Shown here in pieces: positions 25,715-32,000 of a stretch of 32,000 nucleotides of DNA. The DNA lies in assembly GCF_000007985.2 (NCBI RefSeq), contig NC_002939.5:390001-422000 (forward strand), given 5' to 3'. Made by a program: the position numbers and the translations under genes. The DNA comes from Geobacter sulfurreducens PCA. Its GTDB lineage: Bacteria; Desulfobacterota; Desulfuromonadia; Geobacterales; Geobacteraceae. The number at the start of each line of letters is the position of its first letter. Within the stretch, counting starts at the first letter, position 1. The notes beneath the pieces are model-generated. The model worked only from the letters and a program-made list of their open reading frames with translations. It had not been told where the DNA came from and searched no databases.

Positions 25715-26119
25715 ATGGAGCTGATCGTTACCTTTCCCGGCGGGAAAAAAGTGAACGCCGAACTGGGCGGCATGGTGATCCCCACGGACCAGCCGGTGGA
25801 GTCGGGGGGTGAGGGAACGGCACCGTCTCCCTATGATTATTTTCTGGCGTCCATCGGCACCTGCGCCGGTTTTTACGTTCTCGCCTTCTGCCAGCAGCGC
25901 GGCATCGCCACGGAGAATATCTCCCTGCGCCAGGCCATGGAGTTTACCCCCACGGCAGACGGCAGGAAGAAATTGTCTCGGGTCCAGATGGAGATCGTGG
26001 TGCCGTCCGATTTCCCCGAAAAGTACCGCAACGCCCTGGTCAAGTCCGCGGAGCTCTGCTCGGTCAAGAGGGCGCTGGCGGACCCGCCCGATTTCGCCAT
26101 CCGAACCGTGGTTGCGTGA
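25715..26119 (+). CDS. OsmC/Ohr-superfamily protein (putative thiol peroxidase/redox protein)
   Basis: ATG at 25715 lies 4 nt after TAGGAGGG. Sequence ...GEGTAPSPYDYFLASIGTCAGFYVLAFC...ALVKSAELCSVKRAL has Cys residues at the positions where OsmC-family proteins carry the peroxidatic and resolving cysteines. The track ORF from 25370 is an upstream over-extension. Confidence 0.82.
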   Translation: MELIVTFPGGKKVNAELGGMVIPTDQPVESGGEGTAPSPYDYFLASIGTCAGFYVLAFCQQRGIATENISLRQAMEFTPTADGRKKLSRVQMEIVVPSDFPEKYRNALVKSAELCSVKRALADPPDFAIRTVVA

Positions 26120-26234
26120 TCGACCCGGCCGGCGCGCGCAACTGCCCGACTGACTTCAGAATTGCATGGATTTACGGGATTTCCGCTGGTATAGTTGCGG
26201 ACGGCTGTCATCTCACGAGGAAAGGAACGGATAC

Positions 26235-26663
26235 ATGGCACAGGCAAAGCAGGGGGATACCGTCACGGTTCACTATACGGGCTCGCTCACTACAGGGGAG
26301 CTTTTTGATTCGTCGGAGGAAAGCGGTCCCCTGAAGTTCACCGTGGGCCAGGACGAGGTTATCCCGGGCTTTGAGGAGGCGGTGATCGGGATGAGCCCCG
26401 GCGAGACAAAGACCGTAACGATTCCCGAGGACAAGGCCTATGGGGCGCGCATGCCCGAACTTGTGGCCGACGTGGAGCGCCAGTACCTGCCGGCCGGGGC
26501 TGAGCCGGTCATCGGCCAGCAGTACGAGGTTACCCAGGATGACGGCCAGGTTTTCAACGTGACGGTGACCGCCATGACCGACGACATGGTGACGCTGGAC
26601 GCCAATCACCCGCTGGCCGGCCGTGAGCTGGTCTTTGAAATCAAGCTGCTGGAGATCGCCTGA
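26235..26663 (+). CDS. FKBP-type peptidyl-prolyl isomerase with IF (chaperone) insert, SlyD/FkpB-like, no His-rich tail
   Basis: ATG at 26235 follows GAGGAAAGGA. Sequence MAQAKQGDTVTVHYTGSLTTGELFDSS...LKFTVGQDEVIPGFEEAVIGMSPGE...DANHPLAGRELVFEIKLLEI. Confidence 0.88.
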   Translation: MAQAKQGDTVTVHYTGSLTTGELFDSSEESGPLKFTVGQDEVIPGFEEAVIGMSPGETKTVTIPEDKAYGARMPELVADVERQYLPAGAEPVIGQQYEVTQDDGQVFNVTVTAMTDDMVTLDANHPLAGRELVFEIKLLEIA

Positions 26664-26688
26664 TTGCGATCGGGGATGATCCGGAATT

Positions 26689-26724
26689 AAAAAAGGGAAG
26701 AGGCGAGGGCCTCTTCCCTTTTTT
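26689..26724. terminator. bidirectional rho-independent terminator between convergent genes
   Basis: AAAAAA-GGGAAGAGG-cgaggg-CCTCTTCCC-TTTTTT: a 9-10 bp GC-rich stem flanked by an A-tract and a T-tract, so it reads as a terminator on both strands. Confidence 0.75.
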
Positions 26725-26743
26725 AATACGAAGGCGTTCTACG

Positions 26744-27220
26744 CTAGTTTTCGGTCATGAAGTGCTGTTCGTACATATCCTCAAGCTGCTGCAGGTGCTT
26801 GGTCTCGTCCGCCAGCAGCCTGTCGAAGAGCTTGGCCATGGGCGCGCCGGCACATCCCTGGGCCATGCGCTGGTAGAAGTCGATGGCACCTTTTTCCAGG
26901 TGAATGGCGTAGGCAAGGGCCTCCCGTGCATCGGACTCGGGGGAAAGCTCCTTTTTGGCCAGGACATAACCAAGGTTCATGGTCGGAATTTGTCGTTCCA
27001 TGGAGCCGGCCCCTTCCATCTGGCCCTCAAGCAGGGCCTTCTCCAGGCTCAGTTTATGCTCCAACTCGTCCAGGGCGGCTTCCTTGAGGATCTGTTTGGC
27101 ACCCTTGTTCTTCACCCTGCGGATCGCGTCAAGGTAGTGTCTGAACCCCTCTTCCTCCATGGTAATCGCCATCTCAACGGCGGCTTCGAATGTGTAGCAG
27201 ACCGCTCCCTGTTCGCTCAT
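26744..27220 (-). CDS. rubrerythrin/ferritin-like diiron four-helix-bundle protein (no rubredoxin domain)
   Basis: RBS AAGGAGA 6 nt before the ATG. Paired E...ExxH ligand motifs: AITMEEEGFRHY / AALDELEHK and AIHLEKGAIDFY / LLADETKHL. Confidence 0.75.
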   Translation of the reverse strand: MSEQGAVCYTFEAAVEMAITMEEEGFRHYLDAIRRVKNKGAKQILKEAALDELEHKLSLEKALLEGQMEGAGSMERQIPTMNLGYVLAKKELSPESDAREALAYAIHLEKGAIDFYQRMAQGCAGAPMAKLFDRLLADETKHLQQLEDMYEQHFMTEN

Positions 27221-27253
27221 GGCCGGTTCTCCTTATGGTTGCTTGGAAAATAC

Positions 27254-27268
27254 TAAGTTATTAACATA
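27254..27268. promoter_or_regulatory. 7-1-7 inverted repeat (TAAGTTA-T-TAACATA), candidate Fur/PerR-family operator upstream of the rubrerythrin-like gene
   Basis: The arms are reverse complements except for one position. The repeat lies 34-48 nt upstream of the start codon at 27220, in an AT-rich patch overlapping a possible -10 (TAGTAT on the - strand). Confidence 0.25.
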
Positions 27269-27400
27269 CCGCTTTAAGGATGACAAGCAGATTGTATACA
27301 GTATGCGATCATACCGGTGCAAGGTGTGGCAATCGGCGGCGGATGCGCTACACTTCACCTCAATGGAGCCTCAGTCACGCTCCCGATCGGAGGAACGCTC

Positions 27401-28285
27401 ATGAAGATATTCGTTACCGGAGGAACCGGTTTTGTGGGAGGGCACGTGCGGAGGGCGCTGCTGGAACGGGGGCACTCGCTCCGGCTCCTGGTCCACCAGC
27501 GAAGCGAGGGGGTCGAGGCCGGGATCGAGCAGGTGGAGGGCGACGTGACGCGGCCGGATACCTTTGCCGGGGCCGTGGCGGGGTGTGACGCCACCGTCAA
27601 CCTGGTGGGGATCATCCGGGAGTTTCCCGGTCGGGGGATAACCTTCGAAAAGCTCCACGTGGAGGCCACGCGCAACGTGGTGGAGGCCGCCAGGGCAGCG
27701 GGCATCCGGCGCCATCTCCAGATGTCGGCGCTGGCCACGCGCCCTGACGCCACCGCGGCCTATCACCGCACCAAGTGGCGGGCGGAGGAGGTCGTGCGGC
27801 AGTCGGAGCTCGACTGGACCATTTTTCGGCCATCCCTGATCTTCGGGCCCAAGGGCGCCTTTGTGGACATGCTGGCGGGATTCGTCCGCAGGTTTCCGGC
27901 CGTGCCGGTCGTCGGCGACGGCACCTACCGGCTCCAACCGGTTTCGGTCGACGATGTGGCCCGCTGTTTCGCCCTTGCCCTGGACATGCCGGAAACCTTC
28001 GGACAGACCTATGAGCTCTGCGGCCCGGACCGCCTCACCTACAACGAGGTCCTCGACATCATCGGCCGGGTGCTCGGCAAGGGCCATGTGGTCAAGATTC
28101 CCCAGCCGCTGGGACTGCTGAAGCTCGTGGTGCCGATCATGCAGGGATTTTCCTTCTTTCCCCTCACCATGGACCAGATCACCCTCTTGACTGAGGAAAA
28201 TATCTGCTCGAATGCCTGGCCCTCCGTCTTCGGCTTTGAGCCGTGCCGTTTCGAGGCGGGAATCGCCTCGTTCCTGCATCGCTGA
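27401..28285 (+). CDS. NAD(P)-dependent epimerase/dehydratase-family SDR (NDUFA9/NmrA-like)
   Basis: ATG at 27401 lies 7 nt after GGAGGA. Rossmann motif: MKIFVTGGTGFVGGHV. Catalytic YxxxK in AAYHRTKWRAE. The track start at 27317 has no RBS. Confidence 0.85.
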   Translation: MKIFVTGGTGFVGGHVRRALLERGHSLRLLVHQRSEGVEAGIEQVEGDVTRPDTFAGAVAGCDATVNLVGIIREFPGRGITFEKLHVEATRNVVEAARAAGIRRHLQMSALATRPDATAAYHRTKWRAEEVVRQSELDWTIFRPSLIFGPKGAFVDMLAGFVRRFPAVPVVGDGTYRLQPVSVDDVARCFALALDMPETFGQTYELCGPDRLTYNEVLDIIGRVLGKGHVVKIPQPLGLLKLVVPIMQGFSFFPLTMDQITLLTEENICSNAWPSVFGFEPCRFEAGIASFLHR

Positions 28286-28322
28286 CCCCACGCGGGACAG
28301 CTGCTCTTCCTTGCCGCAACGG

Positions 28323-29012
28323 CTAGAGTAATCCAGCCGAGACAAAGCTGGTGAAGCGACCGTCACCGATGATGATGTGGTCCAGGACCCTGATGCCCAT
28401 GATGTCACCCGCTTCCCGCAGGCGGCGGGTGATTTCAAGGTCTTCGCGGCTCGGGGCCGGATCACCGGTGGGGTGGTTGTGGACAAGGATGACCGCGGCC
28501 GCGGACTCCCGGACGGCCGGGTTGAAGACCTCGCGGGGATGAACGATGCTCTGGTTGAGGGAGCCTTCCGAAACCTGGATCTCGCGCATGATCCGGTTCT
28601 TTCCGTCCAGCAGCAGGGCCATGAAGTATTCCTTGCGTCGGTCCCGGAAGGCATAGTGGTAGTGATTGTAGACCTGTTCGGGAGAGGTGAACCGTTCGCT
28701 GCAGATCATGAGCCGCTCGGAATTGATGCGAGAGGCCATTTCCAGGGCCGCCTTGATGGAGGTTGCCTTTGCCGTCCCCATGCCCTTCACCGCGCAGAGC
28801 TCGCTGACGGTGGCTCCGGCAAGAGTGCGGAGGTCGCCGCACTCCTGAAGGAGCGCCCGCCCCAGGTCGATGGCGCTCCGTCCGGTCACCGAGTCACCGG
28901 TCCGGATGATGAGGGCCAGCAGTTCCGCGTCCGATAGGACCGGAGCTCCCCGCCGCAAGAGCTTTTCCCGTGGCCGCTCGTCCTCGGGCCACGCCTTGAT
29001 GCCGCCTGCCAT
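28323..29012 (-). CDS. radC: RadC-family JAB-domain protein
   Basis: ATG at 29012 lies 5 nt after GGGAGGG (MAGGIKAWPEDERPREKLL). HhH region: LSDAELLALIIRTG. JAMM motif: ILVHNHPTGDPAPSREDLEITRRL. Confidence 0.9.
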   Translation of the reverse strand: MAGGIKAWPEDERPREKLLRRGAPVLSDAELLALIIRTGDSVTGRSAIDLGRALLQECGDLRTLAGATVSELCAVKGMGTAKATSIKAALEMASRINSERLMICSERFTSPEQVYNHYHYAFRDRRKEYFMALLLDGKNRIMREIQVSEGSLNQSIVHPREVFNPAVRESAAAVILVHNHPTGDPAPSREDLEITRRLREAGDIMGIRVLDHIIIGDGRFTSFVSAGLL

Positions 29013-29103
29013 GCAGTCCCTCCCTGGATGCACTGTTCCTCGACCGTGGGCCGGGAGGGAAACTCTACTATGAAATAAAAATAATTAAAAGATTGAAGCG
29101 GGG

Positions 29104-29913
29104 TCAGCGGGCAAAAAGGTAGGCGAGAACCGCCCCGCCCGCCAGGAGCCGGTACCAGACGAAGGGGTAGAGGGAGTAGCGCTGGACGAGCCTGAGGAGC
29201 AATGCCACGCCCAGGTAGCCCGAAACGGCCGATGTCGCCATGCCTGCCAGCAGGGGCGCCAGCTCTCCTGCGGGAATGCCGTGGCGGGCCAGTTCACCCA
29301 TTTTCAGGATGCCGGCTCCGGCCACGATGGGAAGGGACAGGAGAAAGGAGAAGCGGGCTGCCGTATCGCGGGTAAAGCCGAGGAACAGTGCCGCCGTAAT
29401 GGTAATGCCCGAGCGGGAGACGCCGGGGATCAGGGCGAGGCACTGGGCCAGGCCGATCAACAGTGCTCCCCTCAGGTCTACCCGGTCCATCCTCCAGCGT
29501 TTGGGGCCGGTGGTGTCGGCCAGCGCCAGGAGAAGGCCGAAGGCGATGAGGAGCAGGGCAATGAGGGTGTGGCTGCCCCGGAAAAACTCTTCAATGGGCT
29601 TCTCCAGGGTCTTGCCGGCAATGGCTGCCGGTACGGTACCGGCGATGATGAAGAACGGGAGCCTGGACGTTTGGCTCCCGAAGCCTTCCCGCAGTCCGGT
29701 GATGGCATCACTTATCAAGTATGCGATATCACGGCGGAAGTATACGCAGAGTGCGATCAAGGTCCCCACGTGTAGCCCCACGTCGAAAGTGAGCCCCGAC
29801 TCAGGCCATCCCAGAAGCCAGGGGACAAGGATGAGGTGCGCGGAACTGCTGATGGGAAGTATTTCGGTGAGCCCCTGCAGAATGCCGAGGACCGCTGCGT
29901 GCATGATGTCCAT
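29104..29913 (-). CDS. uppP: undecaprenyl-diphosphate phosphatase
   Basis: MDIMHAAVLGILQGLTEILPISSSAHLIL... and ...LIPGVSRSGITITAALFLGF are the two conserved BacA/UppP motifs. The protein is polytopic and hydrophobic. Confidence 0.93.
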   Translation of the reverse strand: MDIMHAAVLGILQGLTEILPISSSAHLILVPWLLGWPESGLTFDVGLHVGTLIALCVYFRRDIAYLISDAITGLREGFGSQTSRLPFFIIAGTVPAAIAGKTLEKPIEEFFRGSHTLIALLLIAFGLLLALADTTGPKRWRMDRVDLRGALLIGLAQCLALIPGVSRSGITITAALFLGFTRDTAARFSFLLSLPIVAGAGILKMGELARHGIPAGELAPLLAGMATSAVSGYLGVALLLRLVQRYSLYPFVWYRLLAGGAVLAYLFAR

Positions 29914-30112
29914 GGATGGTGTTTCCCCCTTTGTCGACGCTAGACCGTAGATGAAACCCCTTGGAAAATCAAGTCAAAACAAAGATTGCGTTTTCATGGA
30001 ACGGTAACGCTGTTGTAATATTTTTCATAGGCATCAGGAGTGTAATGTGGTATGTCTCTTCCGTTTGGCAATTCAACCCGACGGTCGCCCGCCGGAACAG
30101 CGGAGGTAGCAG

Positions 30113-30730
30113 ATGTTCGGTCTCATTCCAAAGGAAGAGAAATTTTTTGCCATGTTCAAGGACATGGCGGCCAATATCGTGACGGGGGGGAAACTCCTCA
30201 AGCAAATGCTCGACAGCTATGACGACCCCCAGGCGAGCCAGAAGAAGATCAAGGATGTGGAGCACGCGTGCGATGCCATCACCCATGACATCATCCAGAA
30301 GCTCAACAAGAGCTTCGTCACCCCCTTCGACCGCGAGGACATCTATGCCCTGGCCGCGGCCCTGGATGACATTGTCGATCTCATCGACGCCTCGGCCCAG
30401 CGTTTCATCATGTACAACGTGGAAAAGCCGACCCCTGAGGCCAAGGAACTGGCCTTTTTGATTCTCCAGGGCTGTCTGGCCATCGAAAAAGCGGTGTCGC
30501 ACCTTGGCGAAAAGTTCGAGCACATCGCCGAGCATTGCGTTGAGGTGAACGCCTTGGAGAACGAGGCCGACCGCGTGTGCCGCGAAGCCATCAGCCGCCT
30601 CTTCGACGAGGAGAAGGACCCGATCCAGCTCATCAAGTGGAAGGAGATCTACGAGACCCTGGAGCGGGCCACGGACAAATGCGAAGATGCCGCCAACATC
30701 CTCGAAAGCGTGGTGGTGAAGAATGCTTGA
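30113..30730 (+). CDS. DUF47/PhoU-like phosphate-transport accessory protein (TIGR00153-type)
   Basis: ATG lies 6 nt after GGAGG. All-helical; MFGLIPKEEKFFAMFKDMAANI...FDREDIYALAAALDDIVD...EIYETLERATDKCEDAANILESVVVKN. The gene overlaps and precedes a PiT transporter gene, which is the usual pairing. Confidence 0.85.
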   Translation: MFGLIPKEEKFFAMFKDMAANIVTGGKLLKQMLDSYDDPQASQKKIKDVEHACDAITHDIIQKLNKSFVTPFDREDIYALAAALDDIVDLIDASAQRFIMYNVEKPTPEAKELAFLILQGCLAIEKAVSHLGEKFEHIAEHCVEVNALENEADRVCREAISRLFDEEKDPIQLIKWKEIYETLERATDKCEDAANILESVVVKNA

Positions 30731-31724
30731 CACTACGCTGATCATGCTCGTCCTGGTTATCGGGGCGGCACTTGCGTTCGACTACATCAACGGATTTCAC
30801 GACACGGCCAATGCGATTGCCACCTGCGTTTCGACTCGGGCACTGTCGGTCCGGTCGGCCATTGTCATGGCGGCAGTGCTCAACTTTGCGGGAGCAATGA
30901 TTTCGACCAAGGTGGCCGCCACGATCGGCAAGGGGATCGTGGACGCCGGCAACGTGACGCAGATGGTGGTGCTCGCCGGGGTCTTGGGTGCGATTATCTG
31001 GGACCTCGTCACGTGGTACTACGGGCTTCCCTCTTCGTCGTCACACGCCATCATCGGCGGAATCATGGGCGCGGTCATCGCCCACGCCGGCACGACGGCC
31101 CTCCATTGGGGCGGGCTGAAAAAGATCATCCTCTCGCTCATCCTTTCTCCTGTCATTGGAACGCTCCTCGGGTTCATCGTCATGGTGGTCATGCTCTGGA
31201 GCTTCAAGAGCACCTCGCCCCACTCCATAAACAAGCACTTCCGTCGTCTGCAAGTCCTTTCGGCCGCATTCATGGCCTTTTCCCACGGCACCGCCGACGC
31301 CCAGAAGTCCATGGGCGTCATCACCATGGCGCTGGTGAGTTATGGAACCCTCACCACCTTCGATGTTCCAACCTGGGTCAAGATTGCCTGTGCCGTGGCC
31401 ATGGGCCTCGGCACCGCGGCCGGCGGCTGGCGGATCATCAAGACCGTGGGGAAGGATTTCGTCAAGCTGCAGCCGGTCCATGGCTTCTGCGTCGAAACCG
31501 CTTCGGCCGGCGTCATCCTGGGGGCGTCCTCCATCGGCATGCCGGTCAGCACTACCCACGTCATCACCTCCACTATCCTCGGCGTGGGGCTCTCCAAGCG
31601 GATCACGGCCGTGAACTGGAACGTGGCCTACCGTATCCTCTGGGCCTGGGTCCTGACCATCCCCGCTTCGGCGATCATGTCCTATGTTTCATACATGGTT
31701 TTGAACCCGTTCCTCGGCAAATAA
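30723..31724 (+). CDS. pitA: PiT-family inorganic phosphate transporter
   Basis: 8-nt overlap with the upstream gene. Duplicated PiT signatures: AFDYINGFHDTANAIAT and GMPVSTTHVITSTILGVG. About 10 hydrophobic segments. Confidence 0.92.
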   Translation: MLDTTLIMLVLVIGAALAFDYINGFHDTANAIATCVSTRALSVRSAIVMAAVLNFAGAMISTKVAATIGKGIVDAGNVTQMVVLAGVLGAIIWDLVTWYYGLPSSSSHAIIGGIMGAVIAHAGTTALHWGGLKKIILSLILSPVIGTLLGFIVMVVMLWSFKSTSPHSINKHFRRLQVLSAAFMAFSHGTADAQKSMGVITMALVSYGTLTTFDVPTWVKIACAVAMGLGTAAGGWRIIKTVGKDFVKLQPVHGFCVETASAGVILGASSIGMPVSTTHVITSTILGVGLSKRITAVNWNVAYRILWAWVLTIPASAIMSYVSYMVLNPFLGK

Positions 31725-31727
31725 AAA

Positions 31728-31750
31728 GGGGGCGACCGGATGGTCGCCCC
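31728..31750. terminator. bidirectional intrinsic terminator
   Basis: GGGGCGACC-ggat-GGTCGCCCC. On the - strand it is followed by CTTTTTATTTG, a strong U-tract for the convergent gene. On the + strand it is preceded by AATAAAAA and followed by TTCTGCATT. Confidence 0.65.
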
Positions 31751-31776
31751 TTCTGCATTCCGCTGTCCCCGGTTTA

Positions 31777-32000
31777 TTACTCCAGTTCTTCCCCCACCTC
31801 TTCCATTTCCTCCGCCAGGGTCGCCAGGGTTTCATCCTTGCGACGAAAGCGAACCACCAGCCAGTAGCAGATGACATAGGCGACGACCGCCGCCACAAAG
31901 CCGATCACCGACGTGCCCAGCAGGAGCGATGTCGCGTGGGGTTTGAGGGCGTGCCAGTCGAGCCCGTGGAAGGAGAGCTCTGCGGGGGGGAGCCCCCGCA
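31777..32000 (-). CDS. C-terminal fragment of a membrane protein (start lies beyond the right edge); family not identified
   Basis: Absent from the ORF track because it has no start in the window. Hand translation of the reverse strand gives ...LDWHALKPHATSLLLGTSVIGFVAAVVAYVICYWLVVRFRRKDETLATLAEEMEEVGEELE* with the stop TAA = rc of 31777-31779. The fragment is a TM helix plus a charged tail, and a terminator follows 27 nt downstream. Confidence 0.5.
   Translation of the reverse strand, partial: RGLPPAELSFHGLDWHALKPHATSLLLGTSVIGFVAAVVAYVICYWLVVRFRRKDETLATLAEEMEEVGEELE

Noticed and set aside
27371-28654. 427-aa - strand ORF covering the SDR gene and the 3' end of radC
   Set aside because: It would have to read antisense through the SDR gene and overlap radC out of frame. 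It shows no motifs, whereas the SDR (GxxGxxG, YxxxK) and RadC calls are strong.
29969-30745. 258-aa - strand ORF opposite the DUF47 gene
   Set aside because: Antisense artefact. The + strand gene has a strong RBS and the conserved DUF47-PiT pairing.
1-32000. Mobile elements, CRISPR arrays, tRNA/rRNA genes, toxin-antitoxin or known phage-defence cassettes
   Set aside because: I found no direct-repeat/spacer arrays, no transposase, integrase or recombinase-like ORFs, and no flanking inverted or direct repeats. No intergenic gap is long enough or shaped like a tRNA or rRNA. Composition looks uniform apart from short AT-rich promoter patches.

Overview
This is a GC-rich, gene-dense, mostly syntenic-looking core chromosome segment of a Geobacter-type deltaproteobacterium. 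The two triheme cytochrome c7 genes match my recollection of G. sulfurreducens PpcB and PpcC, which a BLAST search should confirm. I support 32 protein-coding genes, two of them truncated by the window edges and absent from the ORF track. Left to right they are:
- a PAS/sigma-54 activator
- an OmpA-family porin with thrombospondin-type-3 repeats
- a parvulin PPIase
- a small membrane protein
- a JAB-domain::DinG helicase fusion
- ppcB and ppcC
- a membrane-anchored XRE regulator coupled to a TIGR01212-type radical SAM gene
- a POTRA-less Omp85 lipoprotein
- an orphan FlhB-C-like/FliK-like pair
- alpha-glucan phosphorylase
- a sigma-54 two-component system
- hypA
- a tightly overlapped glycine-cleavage/lipoylation operon (gcvT-gcvH-gcvPA-gcvPB, a ligase-like gene, lipA, a mini-lipoprotein) followed 8 nt later by an OsmC-like gene
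- an FKBP PPIase
- a rubrerythrin-like diiron protein
- an SDR epimerase
- radC and uppP
- a DUF47/PiT phosphate transporter pair
- a C-terminal fragment of a membrane protein

Many longest-ORF starts in the supplied track overshoot. I re-called starts from RBS, signal-peptide, promoter and terminator evidence.

I found no rRNA, tRNA, CRISPR array, transposase, integrase or recognisable defence island. The many long antisense ORFs are GC-composition artefacts. I see no clear-cut novel system. The candidates most worth follow-up are:
- the soluble FliK-like/FlhB-CC-like pair next to a POTRA-less Omp85
- the JAB::DinG fusion
- the probably leaderless membrane-tethered XRE regulator, which has a periplasmic EF-hand, is divergent from ppcC and is coupled to a radical SAM enzyme
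- the OsmC-like gene appended to the lipoylation operon

All functional calls rest on motif recognition by eye and need profile searches.
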